Source of the DNA: an uncultured Holophagales bacterium
Lineage (GTDB): Bacteria > Acidobacteriota > Thermoanaerobaculia > Multivoradales > UBA5704
NCBI GenBank assembly: GCA_963842525.1
Contig: CAWJGT010000009.1
Span: 128,001-192,000, forward strand
Length of the DNA stretch: 64,000 bases
Direction: 5' to 3'
Part shown: positions 51,866-62,083 of the stretch, one piece after another
How the letters are laid out: every line of letters starts with the position of its first letter
How positions within the stretch are numbered: the stretch's first letter is position 1
Position numbers and translations under genes: made by a program
Notes under the pieces: model-generated
What the model was told of the DNA's origin: nothing
The model's database searches: none
What the model saw: the letters and a program-made list of their open reading frames with translations, nothing else

Positions 51866-52955
51866 TCTCAGGCCGAAAGAGGCCTGTACGTTCGAACATC
51901 CTGTCCCTGGGAGAGGTCATGTTGCGCCTCGATCCGGGCGAGGGCAGGATTCGCACCACCCGTACGTTCCGGGTGTGGGAAGGCGGCGGCGAGTACAACG
52001 TGGCCCGTGGTCTGCGGCGTTGCTTCGGTCAGCGTGCGGCGGTGGTCACAGCCGTCGTGCGCAACGAGGTGGGCCTCCTGCTCGAGGACCTGATGCTTCA
52101 GGGAGGGGTGGATACGTCCCTGATCCGGTGGGTGCCGTCCGACGGCATTGGGCGCTCCGTGCGCAACGGGTTGAACTTTACCGAGCGGGGCTTCGGGATT
52201 CGCGGCGCCGTCGGCTGCTCCGACCGGGGTCACAGTGCCGCCTCCCAGTTGCGCGTGGGCGACGTCGACTGGGAGCACGTCTTCGGAAAGCTCGGTGTCC
52301 GCTGGTTCCACACCGGAGGCATCTTCGCGGCGCTCTCGGGGACCACCGGCGACGTGGTCACCGAGGCGGCGCGGATCGCCAAGAAGCACGGCACCGTGGT
52401 CTCCTACGACCTCAACTATCGAGCATCCCTCTGGGGTGCCTACGGCGGCCTCGATCGATGCCGCGAGGTGAATCGCGCCATCGCTCCGTCGCTCGACGTG
52501 ATCCTCGGCAACGAGGAGGACTTCACGGCGTGCCTGGGGCTCGAGGTGGAGGGAGTGGACGCGAGCCTGCTCGACCTGGAGGTGAGCGGATTCGAGAGCA
52601 TGATCAAGACCGCGGTGGCAACCTACCCGAACCTCAAGGCCGTGGCGGCGACGCTCTGCGCGGCGTCAAGAGCGCCACGATCAACGACTGGGGCGCCATC
52701 TGCTGGTGTGACGGCGAGCTCCACACCGCCACCCGGCGGCCGGATCTGGAGATCCTCGACCGCGTGGGCGGCGGTGACAGCTTCGCCTCCGGCTTCATCT
52801 ACGGCCTCATGGAGCTCGGCGACCCGGCTCTCGCGGTGGAATACGGTGCCGCCCACGGCGCCCTGGCGATGACCACGCCGGGAGATACCACCATGGCAAC
52901 GCTGAGCGAGGTGCAGAAGCTCGTCCGGGGTGGTGGTGCCAGGGTGGACCGGTGA
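51852..52955 (+). CDS. kdgK: 2-keto-3-deoxygluconate kinase (frameshifts near 51895 and 52660)
   Basis: SLGEVMLRLDP, GGGEYNVA, YDLNYR, DRVGGGDSF. Confidence 0.9.
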   Translation: MSSLDLRPKEACTFEHPVPGRGHVAPRSGRGQDSHHPYVPGVGRRRRVQRGPWSAALLRSACGGGHSRRAQRGGPPARGPDASGRGGYVPDPVGAVRRHWALRAQRVELYRAGLRDSRRRRLLRPGSQCRLPVARGRRRLGARLRKARCPLVPHRRHLRGALGDHRRRGHRGGADRQEARHRGLLRPQLSSIPLGCLRRPRSMPRGESRHRSVARRDPRQRGGLHGVPGARGGGSGREPARPGGERIREHDQDRGGNLPEPQGRGGDALRGVKSATINDWGAICWCDGELHTATRRPDLEILDRVGGGDSFASGFIYGLMELGDPALAVEYGAAHGALAMTTPGDTTMATLSEVQKLVRGGGARVDR

Positions 52956-52960
52956 TCCCG

Positions 52961-53615
52961 ATGAGCGAGTCGACCGAGAGGCTGACGCGGCGGCCGGTGA
53001 TCCCGGTGATCGTGATCGACGACGAGAACGACGCCGAGCCGCTGGCCGAGGCGCTGCTCGCGGGCGGGCTCGATCTGATCGAGGTGACCTTGCGGACCGC
53101 CGCCGCCGCGGCAGCGCTGGGACGCATCATCCGCAGGTTCCCGGAGATGCTCGTGGGGGCCGGCACCGTGGTCACGCGCGAGCAGGCACAGCGGTGCCTG
53201 GACCTCGGCGTCTCGTTCGCCGTGGCCCCGGGCTTCAACCCGGAGAACGTTGCGCCTCTTCGAGCAGCACGGCGTGCCGTTCATGCCTGGAGTGCTCACG
53301 CCTTCCGAGATCGAGTCGGCCTACGGCCACGGCTGTACCCTGCTGAAGTTCTTCCCGGCCGAAGCGGCCGGTGGGCCGAAGATGCTGCGGGCCCTCGCCG
53401 GACCGTACGAGTCCCTCGGCATACGCTTCTGTCCCACGGGAGGCGTTTCCGTGGACAACATGAAGGAGTACCTCTCCCTGCCCCAGGTGTTTGCCGTGGG
53501 CGGTTCCTGGCTGGCCAGCAAGCGCCAGATCGCCGAGAAGCAGTGGTCGGTCATCACCCAGCAGACCAGGGACACCTTGTCTCGGGCGAGGGAGGTGTCT
53601 CCATGCGCCGGCTGA
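52961..53615 (+). CDS. eda: KDPG aldolase (frameshift near 53255)
   Basis: IEVTLRT, GAGTV, LKFFPA, FCPTGGV, VGGSW. Confidence 0.9.
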
Positions 53616-55090
53616 TCCACGAGAGGTTCCTCCTGCAGAGCGAGGAAGCCGCCCGCCTCTACTTCGACTACGCAGCCGGGCAGCCGATCATCGACTACCA
53701 CACCCATCTGCCGCCGGCCGAGGTCGCCGCCGACCGCCGCTGGGAGAACATCAGCCAGGTATGGCTCAACGGCGACCACTACAAGTGGCGCCAGATGCGC
53801 GCGAATGGCATCGGCGAGCGCTTCTGCACCGGCGACGCGACCGATCGGGAGAAGTTCAACGCCTTCGCGAGCATCCTGCCGTACCTCCTGCGCAACCCCC
53901 TCTACCACTGGTGCCACCTGGAGCTCGCCCGGTACTTCCAGATCGATGATCTGCTGCTCAGCACCAGGACCGCCGACGAGGTGTGGGAGCGCAGCTCGGC
54001 GGTCTTCCGCAACGGGCTCTCCACTCGGTCCCTGATCGAGAGGAGCAAGGTGCTGGCCCTCTGCACCTCCGACGACCCGATCGATTCGTTGGAGCACCAC
54101 AAGGCGGTCGCCGACGACGAGACCTTCGCCGCTCGAATGCTCCCCACCTGGCGCCCCGACCGGGTCCTGGCACTCGCCGATCCCGGGTCCTGGAACGGCT
54201 ATGTGGATGCGCTGGCCGCCATCGCAGATGTGGAGATCGCGAGCTTCGACGACCTCGTCGCAGCGCTCACCGTGCGCCGCGATGCCTTTCACGCGGCGGG
54301 CTGCCGGCTTTCCGACCACGGGCTCGCCGCCGGTCTCTTCTCGCCGGCCTCGGCGCAGGAGGTCCGAACCAGCTTCGACCGACTCCGGTCCGGGGCGGCT
54401 CTCCCGGTCTCCGAACGTGACCAATTGACGACGGCGCTCCTCTTGGAGCTGGGCCGACTGTACAGCGAGAAGAAGTGGACCATGCAGTTGCACATCGGTG
54501 CCCTGCGGAACACCAACAGCGCGATGCTCGCCGCCCTCGGTCCCGACTCCGGGTACGACTCGATGGGTGACCGGCCATACGCCGAGCCGCTGGTTCAGTT
54601 CCTGAACGCGCTCCACTCCGCGGGTAACCTGCCGAAAACCATCCTGTACAACGTCAATCCGCGGGACACCGAGATGCTGGCCTCCATGCTCGGCTGCTTC
54701 GAGGATGGCTCGGTGCCGGGCAAGATGCAGCTCGGTCCGGCCTGGTGGTTCCTCGACCAGAAAGACGGTATCGAGCGCCAGCTCGAAGCCATCTCCCAGA
54801 TCGGCTCGCTGCGCCGGTTCGTGGGCATGGTCGCCGACAGCCGCTCGTTCCTGTCGTTCACCCGTCACGAGTACTTCCGCCGCATCCTCTGCAACCTGCT
54901 CGGTGCCGAGATGGCGACCGGACTCCTGCCGCGGGACTTCGATCTGGTCGGAGCTCTGGTCGAGGACGTCTGTTTCCGCAACGCGGAGAGCTTCTTCGGC
55001 TTCGAGCTTCCCGGACCGCGAGAGAGAAGCCGCAGGCGCGCCAGCGCCGGCTCTGCACGCGGCGACGCCGGGCTGCGACGTGAGCAATAA
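53603..55090 (+). CDS. uxaC: Glucuronate isomerase
   Basis: IIDYHTHL, GDHYKWR.MR, WWFLDQ, DSRSFLSF.RHEYFRR. Confidence 0.96.
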   Translation: MRRLIHERFLLQSEEAARLYFDYAAGQPIIDYHTHLPPAEVAADRRWENISQVWLNGDHYKWRQMRANGIGERFCTGDATDREKFNAFASILPYLLRNPLYHWCHLELARYFQIDDLLLSTRTADEVWERSSAVFRNGLSTRSLIERSKVLALCTSDDPIDSLEHHKAVADDETFAARMLPTWRPDRVLALADPGSWNGYVDALAAIADVEIASFDDLVAALTVRRDAFHAAGCRLSDHGLAAGLFSPASAQEVRTSFDRLRSGAALPVSERDQLTTALLLELGRLYSEKKWTMQLHIGALRNTNSAMLAALGPDSGYDSMGDRPYAEPLVQFLNALHSAGNLPKTILYNVNPRDTEMLASMLGCFEDGSVPGKMQLGPAWWFLDQKDGIERQLEAISQIGSLRRFVGMVADSRSFLSFTRHEYFRRILCNLLGAEMATGLLPRDFDLVGALVEDVCFRNAESFFGFELPGPRERSRRRASAGSARGDAGLRREQ

Positions 55091-55307
55091 GGCTCGGATC
55101 AGGACTACCCGGGGACGCGAGACGCGGTTCGCCGCGGGCAAGGTGATCGCACTCCTGCCGAGTTGCCTCCGGTGCGTTGCCCCGGGGGGTCGAATGCGGC
55201 GCAGAACGCGGCGAGATTCCGGTGGACGCATGAGCCCGTTCGGCACGCGACTTGCATTGGATCTTATCCAGGATGATCAAGTCCGATAATCTGATTGGAG
55301 GCTATCC

Positions 55308-55827
55308 ATGATTCAGAAGATCTCTGTTCGGCCGGCTGTTCTCGTTGTCTTGGTGTTGTTGCTCGCCTGGATGGCGGCGAGCTGCAGTTCGAACACGGAG
55401 CTATGACAAGCCAGCCGCAACAACGGCGTCGGCCAGTTCGCAGCTCGCCGAGACCGGCCCGCAGGGGCTCACCGTCGATGGCTTGGTGGAGTATGGACGC
55501 TCATTTCCGCGCGGCCATACTTCGCAAGGACGAGGCCAACTGGCGATTGAGGATCGCAACTTTGCCTGGCGCAGCGACAAGAAGAAGCGCAGCTTCAGTA
55601 TCCAGGTCGACGTGATCAAGAACGCGACTCTCCGGTGCGCCTCCCGCCCGGGAGGCAACATCTGTCTCGAGCTGCGGATCGAAACCGTCACGGGTCTCGA
55701 CTACGCCTTCCGGGATGCCAACTGGGCTGCCGGGCACAATGAGCAGATCACCCAGGTCTACAACTATCTGAAGGTCAACTTCCCCCGGATCACCTTCGAC
55801 GAAAAATCGGTCCAGAAGATCGATTAA
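55308..55827 (+). CDS. Putative lipoprotein (frameshift near 55395)
   Basis: GGAGG RBS; signal with lipobox-like AASC, continuing into ORF 55345..55827. Confidence 0.6.
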
Positions 55828-56411
55828 GCCGCAGAACCGGCACGGCGGCCGGAGGGATCGCCGAGATAGCCGGAGGCGGCGCCTCACCAGGCTTCACGGT
55901 CATCCGCGCAGTACCGGCCTTGCTCATGTGTGGGCGATCTGTGGGCGATCAGGAAATTCCTGAATCGTCCGGAAAATTCGGTCATCACTGACGAGAACAG
56001 CATCATGTTCTAGCGCCGAGCTGAAAACCCTTGCGAAAGTCGCGAACGTATTGTTCGGAGCACGGTTCACCTCGCGAACCTGGCGGCGCACCTCGCCGCT
56101 AGCCGGCGAAGCATCCACCTGTGAGCGTGAGTGAAGTTACCACATCTGCTGCGCCGAAGACGCTCCGGTGTTCTCAGACCTGGCGCGGCGCTCGGGAGCC
56201 GCCCCCTGGACCCGCGCCAGCCACGCCCCCATCCCTTCCCCCGGGCGGGCCGAGGTCTCCAGCACCTCGATGCCGGGACGGACGAAGGCTTTTGGCGTCG
56301 CCAGGGTTGAGGACGGTCCGCTACCAGGACAACACGAAAGTCATCTACGAGTTCCCGCCGCGGCCGGCGCGCCGAAACCGCGGGGGTTGAGGACGTTCGG
56401 GGGGAATGACC

Positions 56412-56624
56412 CTACGCAGCGACGTCAACGTAGATCGACCGAGTGCTCGGCTCTGGAATTGGCTCGCCGTGGAGGCGCATCCCCTCCAGATGAAACTCGA
56501 CCGCTTCCCGCATGTTCTGCTCGACCTCCTCGATCGTATCGCCAGTGGCAACACAGCCTGGAAGGTCTGGCGAGTAGGCTCCGTAGTTGTTCTCCGCTCG
56601 CTCGATAATCACCAGGTAACGCAT
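56412..56624 (-). CDS. hicB: HicB antitoxin
   Basis: YSPDLPGCVATGDT.EE....EA..FH. Confidence 0.92.
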   Translation of the reverse strand: MRYLVIIERAENNYGAYSPDLPGCVATGDTIEEVEQNMREAVEFHLEGMRLHGEPIPEPSTRSIYVDVAA

Positions 56625-56634
56625 AGCCGTCCTC

Positions 56635-56820
56635 CTACCTCAGCCCAGCCTGTTTGAGGATGCTGTTCAGCGTGCCTGGCGGCAGATCGTCCGCCGGCTT
56701 GCCCGGTACGGTCACACCACCTGGTTTGGTCGGATGCCTAAACTGGCGGTGGCTGCCGCGGGTGCGATCGAGATACCAACCATCTTGCTCGAGCATCCTC
56801 AGTACGTCTCGAACTTTCAT
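56635..56820 (-). CDS. hicA: HicA toxin
   Basis: GW...RTRGSHRQF.HP, GTLNSILKQAG. Confidence 0.95.
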   Translation of the reverse strand: MKVRDVLRMLEQDGWYLDRTRGSHRQFRHPTKPGGVTVPGKPADDLPPGTLNSILKQAGLR

Positions 56821-56910
56821 CTCGCCCCCCTGCCCTGGCCCAGTCTGTACTCTACCATCTCCTGGAACAAGAGGCGGAGGAATCGTCTTTCACCAACTAT
56901 GAAGAACACC

Positions 56911-57324
56911 TCAACCGCTTCGCCGGTGCCCCGGTCGGCGGTCCTGGGGAAGGTCGCCGACGAGATCGAGGCACAGCCGGGACAGCCCGGTCGCCGGAGT
57001 CGCTACCCGTTGGCCTTTGCGCGAGAAGCGACCGAGCGCGACCGAGCTTCCACGCATCGCCGACTCTCCCAGCTCTTCACGGACGACCTGCCGAACGGCC
57101 TCGAGCATCGACCATCGATGCAGATACGCGGTCAGCGCGTCGTTGATCAAGGTCTGGTAGTTGCCTCCTCCAGCCTCATCGGCAAGCTCGCGGAATGCTT
57201 CGATCACTGCATTGTCCAGGCGGATGGAGATCTTGGTCTTGCCTGGCTCGGCCTTCACCACGGGGCCTTGTTTCGCCTGCGAGAAATCGATGTCCCGATA
57301 GGGCTCAGCGGCGACTTTTCTCAT
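56911..57324 (-). CDS. brnA: BrnA antitoxin
   Basis: KTKISIRLD..VI..F, NYQTLINDAL. Confidence 0.85.
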   Translation of the reverse strand: MRKVAAEPYRDIDFSQAKQGPVVKAEPGKTKISIRLDNAVIEAFRELADEAGGGNYQTLINDALTAYLHRWSMLEAVRQVVREELGESAMRGSSVALGRFSRKGQRVATPATGLSRLCLDLVGDLPQDRRPGHRRSG

Positions 57325-57583
57325 ACCTCAACTCCTGCCGGCGGTTGGCCCTCCAGGCCGAGATGACCCGAAGAATGTCCGGCTCGCGATACGTGTAGAC
57401 CACGACCAGGAGGTTTCCCGTGTCGCTGAGGCCGAGAGTCACGAAGCGCTGCTCCCCCGAGGCGAGCGGGTCTTCTCGCGTAAGAGCGAAGTCATCGGAG
57501 AAAACGGTCGATGCCTCGGCAAAGCTGACTCCGTGCGTCTCGAGATTGGCTGCCGCCTTGGCAGGGTCCCACGCGAATCGCAC
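57305..57583 (-). CDS. brnT: BrnT toxin
   Basis: F.WD..KA..N...HGVSF.EA..VF, RVISA..A. Confidence 0.9.
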   Translation of the reverse strand: MRFAWDPAKAAANLETHGVSFAEASTVFSDDFALTREDPLASGEQRFVTLGLSDTGNLLVVVYTYREPDILRVISAWRANRRQELRYEKSRR

Positions 57584-57729
57584 ACAGCTAGTGTATTGAC
57601 AATTGTCCTCCAGGTCCAACTGCAGAAGCTGGGAGGCAAGCAAACTTGGACCAGCCACCTTCCACATCCCCATCTACCCGCCGGGGGAGTCCAAGATCGT
57701 CCCCTTTCCCGTCGCCGGCATCGTCCCGA

Positions 57730-58213
57730 GGGAACCTGCCGAGGACCATCCTCTACAACGTCAATCCGCGGGACACCGAGATGCTGGCCTCCATGCTCGG
57801 CTGCTTCGAGGACGGCTCGGTGCCGGGCAAGATGCAACTCGGTGCGGCCTGGTGGTTCCTCGACCAGAAGGACGGAATCGAGCGCCAGCTCGAAGCCATC
57901 TCCCAGATCGGCTCGCTGCGCAGATTCGTGGGCATGGTCGCGGACAGCCGCTCGTTCCTGTCGTTCAGCCGTCACGAGTGCTTCCGCCGCATCCTCTGCA
58001 ACGTGCTCGGTGCCGACATGGCGGCAGGCCTCCTGCCGCGGGACTTCGATCTGGTCGGTGCACTCGTCGAGGACGTCTGTTTCCGCAACGCGGAGAGCTT
58101 CTTCGGCTTCGAGCTGCCGGACCGCGACAGAGAAGCCGCAAGCGCGTCAGCGCCGGTCCTGCGCGCGTCGGCGCTGGGCTGAGGCGTCAAGCGAATAAGG
58201 CTCAGGATCAGGA
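57730..58213 (+). pseudogene. uxaC: Diverged duplicate of the uxaC 3' end and downstream flank (54625-55105)
   Basis: Near-identical sequence with scattered substitutions; no 5' part. Confidence 0.9.
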
Positions 58214-58327
58214 CCTTCCCCTGGGGAATGGCGGTGCGACGCGCCATCGTATCAGGAGGTGCCCGACGACCGGGGCAAACACCCGGGGGCCGGACCGAGG
58301 GCAGCGCACCATGTTATCATCCCCATC

Positions 58328-58571
58328 ATGGCACAGCCGCTCCCTTCCCCGCCTCCTGGATTCGATGACCTTTCGGTCGAGGACAAAATCGAGTACGTCG
58401 AGCTCCCTCTGGGATCGGATCTCTGCCCGTCCGGAAGAAGTTCCTGTGCCTGAATGGCATCGCCGCATTCTCAGAGAGCGCCTGGCTCGCGACGAAGAGC
58501 ACCCCGACGAAGCCCTTCCCTGGGAGGACGTCAGGAAGGAGGTCCTCCAGACGCTGCACGACAGGCGATGA
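58328..58571 (+). CDS. Addiction-module antitoxin (frameshift near 58405)
   Basis: LSVEDKI..V..LWD.I, VPEWH..IL.ERL, WEDV. Confidence 0.8.
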
Positions 58572-58870
58572 AGCGGCGTCTCGTCGTCCGTCCAGAGGCA
58601 CGCCTCGATATCCGGGAAGCCGCGATCTGGTATGACGACCAGAGCCCCGGCTGGGGAGACCGGTTCCTGGAAGATCTGGATGCCCTCTTCGAGCGCATCC
58701 TCGAAGCTCCCCTGCAGTTTCCCGAAATCGACCCGCCCGTGCGTTGCGCGCTCCCTCGACGATTTCCCTACAAGGTTTACTTCCGCCTTGACTCTACAAC
58801 CGCCAGGGTCCTGGCCGTGATGCACCAGAGCCGCCACCCTGACGCCTGGCGGAACCGGAAGGATTCCTGA
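58568..58870 (+). CDS. RelE/ParE toxin
   Basis: PEA..DI.EA..WY, RRFPY..YF, AVMH.SR.P..W. Confidence 0.9.
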   Translation: MKRRLVVRPEARLDIREAAIWYDDQSPGWGDRFLEDLDALFERILEAPLQFPEIDPPVRCALPRRFPYKVYFRLDSTTARVLAVMHQSRHPDAWRNRKDS

Positions 58871-59078
58871 CCCCCACCGACGAGAAGAGCGAAAGAACCC
58901 GCCGCCTCCCACCTGGACCAAGGCCACCTTCCACGTCCCCATCTACCCGCCGGGGGAGTCCAAGTCGTCCCCTTCCCGGTCGCGCCCTTAGTACCTCTGC
59001 GCGCCGCGTCGGCTGCCAAGTCCTGGCCGAAGAGCTGGCGCCTCTGGAGGTCGCGCTGTCGTCCGACCATGCCGCTCG

Positions 59079-59333
59079 TCAGGATAGAACCTCTCTCCTC
59101 ATCTCTTCGAGGGTCAAGCTCTTGCCCATCTCAATCTCCGCCCGCGCTTTTTCGATGAGCTCTTGCAACACGCCGCTGGTACTCAAGGCCCAGGACTCAG
59201 GATCAACATCCTTCAGCGACACGAGGGCAGCAACAGGCTTGCCGGCTGCTGTAAGCACCAGGATCTCATCGCCCAATTCGTCGGCATATGACGACAACGG
59301 GCGGGAGGCTGTCGCAAGCTCGATCTTTTTCAT
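59079..59333 (-). CDS. Phd-like antitoxin
   Basis: LT..GKPVAALV; coupled to the upstream RelE. Confidence 0.65.
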   Translation of the reverse strand: MKKIELATASRPLSSYADELGDEILVLTAAGKPVAALVSLKDVDPESWALSTSGVLQELIEKARAEIEMGKSLTLEEMRREVLS

Positions 59334-59610
59334 AACTGCACCTCCTCGCCGTCGATCCACACGCTGTTCCCCTTCTTCTGCCCGACAACCAAGACGCGGA
59401 CTTCCTTCTCTTGTGTCTCTACATCATAGAATACTCTCAGATCACCAACGCGCAGCTCCCACGGTGCGAGAGGGTTGGGCCGCAGGAGCTTGCGGTTCCT
59501 CGTTTCGACCGTAGGCTCATGCGACAACTGCTGCTCGATCGTGTCGAGAAGCAGTGCACGCTGGCTGAAGACGGCTCTGCAACAGCCCGAATCGACGACA
59601 CCGCGCGATG
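59330..59610 (-). pseudogene. RelE-family toxin, 5' part damaged
   Basis: RNRKLLRPNPLAPWELRVGDLRVFYDV. Confidence 0.75.
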
Positions 59611-60079
59611 AGCGGAGTCTGAAATTTCAGTTCACGAGGCTTATGAGCCGCTTTGTCGTAACTTCATGACACAGTAGTACTAGTCGTCTCTCGCCATGGC
59701 CCCCGAGCTCAAGTGTAGGCGACCGCCGCCAGACGGTCAATCATGGCGCACGGAGCGCACGGAGCGGCGGGCCTTCTCGCCTGGACCAAGGCCTCCTTCC
59801 ACGTCCCCATCCGGCCACCGGGCGAGTCCAAGATCGTCCCCTTCCCCGCCGCCGGCATCGTCGGGTCCCTTCAGCATCTTCCGAGAGGACACCAAAGGAC
59901 CGAACCGTGGGCTGACGCAGCCCTCCACCCCGCATCCCAACCCCGCTCACCTGGAAGCGCGGTCCACGTCCGTTCGGCCTCTGTGCTGGAGAGTTCACCG
60001 TTCCGGACGACTTCGACGCGCCGCTGCCGGAAGATTCTGCGGAGTTTCGAGGAGTGAGGAGAGACCCAACTTCCTAAGT

Positions 60080-61141
60080 TTATTCAGGTGGCTCGGTCTC
60101 ACGCCTGCCTGCGACCAACGCTAACGCACGGCTGTGTGCTTTCTGGTCTCCTCGGATTGCATCGCCGAGCACTTTTCGCCGCTGGTCATCATATAAATAA
60201 ACGCGGACAGTGTTGGTTTTATAACCCGAGAGCTCCGCCACTTCCTCAATGGAAAGACCACGCTCAGGGTCACCAAGCATCTCGTCTTCGAGTCGGTGGA
60301 TGGTGAGAACATCCCGACTGGAGAAATCTCTCAATTCAGCCTCATCCTCCACCGCTTCCCAATCGTCGCGAACAGGCGCCTCCCGGGTGACCTCCGGGTC
60401 CAAAACCAGCAACCCAGGGAGTTCTACCTTCTTCACACCAATCTGGTAGCGCTTGCAGATGTCGACTAGCTTTTCTCCGTCAATCAGATAAACCACCCGC
60501 TGGTTTTGTCCTGGTCTCGCCTCATTTTGGGCGTCGGCACTGAATCGGCCGGTTGTCACAATGATCGCTGTATCTTCCTCGCCCTTCACGCCCCGCATCA
60601 TGCGGACCTCGTCGACTGGAACAGTTCGAGCGGTCCATCTTTTTGCGGATACGATGGCTCGGGCGCCCACGACACCTCGCTGGTATACCACGCGCGCATC
60701 TGCACCACCATCGCGAGTAGCTTGCGTGATCTGAACGTCCTGGAATCCCAGCGCATCGAGAACGCGAGTGAGGAATGTGGACTCGAACGTGCGCCAGTCC
60801 ATCCGCTGCAGCCACGCTCGAATCTCCTCGCCGACAGCCTCGTTCTGCTGATGAACACGGGCTTCGATGTCGCCTGCATTCGATCCCCGAGCGAATTCGC
60901 TCCCCTCGCGAAGCCGAACCCATCCGCGCTCTTCGCCGTCGCGGGACGTTATGAACCGAGTGCGTTCGCCGAGCTCTTCGAGGCGCTGATTCTCCGATTG
61001 AATCGCCAGGTACAGGGACTGGTAGGGAAGGTCGGGGTACTTCTCTTCGCGCCGAATTTCTTCGAGAAGTGCCTGGAGGCGCGCTCTCCCGCCAAGAGCC
61101 TGGAGCCGCCTCTCGATTCGATCTACTCGCCTCTCCGCCAT
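60080..61141 (-). CDS. Mrr-like (type IV) restriction endonuclease
   Basis: FE..L..LGF, TRDGGAD...SAKRW, IIVTTG.FS, LIDGEKL; lower GC. Confidence 0.85.
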   Translation of the reverse strand: MAERRVDRIERRLQALGGRARLQALLEEIRREEKYPDLPYQSLYLAIQSENQRLEELGERTRFITSRDGEERGWVRLREGSEFARGSNAGDIEARVHQQNEAVGEEIRAWLQRMDWRTFESTFLTRVLDALGFQDVQITQATRDGGADARVVYQRGVVGARAIVSAKRWTARTVPVDEVRMMRGVKGEEDTAIIVTTGRFSADAQNEARPGQNQRVVYLIDGEKLVDICKRYQIGVKKVELPGLLVLDPEVTREAPVRDDWEAVEDEAELRDFSSRDVLTIHRLEDEMLGDPERGLSIEEVAELSGYKTNTVRVYLYDDQRRKVLGDAIRGDQKAHSRALALVAGRRETEPPE

Positions 61142-61469
61142 CGGGTTCTCAATCCTATTCCAGTCGGGCCCCTGCCCTCTGCGGCTAACGACACGGAAGA
61201 CCTCCAAGGTCCAGAATAGGCCTAACTTACGCCCCCTGACGGGTTGATGTCAACGACGACCGCTCCCCACTCCTCCTCCCGCCCCCCGAACCACCAAAAA
61301 AGATAGGCGGCTAGCCCAGGCGTCTCCAGGCCCCTGTCGGGTCGCCGGCTGGCGCTCCGCCCGCGCCTGTCCCCTGCCCTCTCGACCCACCCCTGTGGCC
61401 CCGCCCCCGCCCTCCCCGTGAGGCCCCTGTGCGGCCCCAGGTCGTGCGACCGTGCCAAGGCCCAGCCGG

Positions 61470-61610
61470 CGGCTCCGCTTCGAGATTCTGGGGTGGGCGA
61501 GGGGATGCTGCAGGATCAGGGTGATCGCCTTTTGGACCTCGGCAGCGAATTCGGCGCCGAGGCCGGGCCGGCAACCTTCGTAGTAGTCGACCGCCGCCTC
61601 CAACTCCGCC
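61470..61610 (-). pseudogene. ParE toxin remnant
   Basis: AVDYYE..RPGLG.EF..EV..AI..I..HP. Confidence 0.65.
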
Positions 61611-61659
61611 CTGGCTGGCGCCAGGAACGGACATAGGTGCCACCCATTAGAAGGCTCTT

Positions 61660-62080
61660 GTCAACGACCCACACGTCTCCCACCCGGGAGTGTTCGTTTC
61701 AAGAACGGCTCGTTCCGGCAAGATGTGCTCCCGTGTCGGGTTTGCGCGCCCGTAGTCTCGCTGTGCTTCAGGTGCGGAGATCCGCACCAGCCACCCATCG
61801 GGATCAAGGCGGGTCGGAGCCGGTGACGGCTCCGACCCGCCCCTGGCACGGTTTGCGTGCCCCCAGAAAATCTTCGGTTCCAGGTTCGTGTCCAAGGGTT
61901 CAGGACAACCAATAAGGCTACCTCCGCCCCCCCGAAAGGTTCAGAGGTGCCAGCACATTCGGGCTCACGACCTGGGCGCATCTCCAACAAAAGAGCCAAA
62001 AACGGTGGAAGACAGGGGCCAATCAGCCGTAGAGGGTTCTTTCGCCCAGCACCTAATTGCAGGCTCCCTGTCTTCCACCT
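61660..62080 (-). ncRNA. Predicted bridge/seek RNA region
   Basis: Perfect 14-bp stem (62004-62017/62066-62079) enclosing two segments that match the element's flanks; further hairpins at 61771-61788 and 61808-61841. Confidence 0.75.
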
Positions 62081-62083
62081 GAA

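Noticed and set aside
52952-55090. Eda-UxaC fusion (712 aa)
   Set aside because: Produced by the frameshift in eda; uxaC has its own GGAGG and ATG at 53603
22788-55400. Programmed frameshifting or mass pseudogenisation in sbcC, SDR, kdgK, eda and the lipoprotein
   Set aside because: Scattered single-base indels in otherwise conserved genes with no shared slippery motif; sequencing error is more likely
60080-61225. Mrr gene as an integron cassette (GTTAGGC upstream on the minus strand)
   Set aside because: No attC downstream; an antitoxin remnant lies there instead
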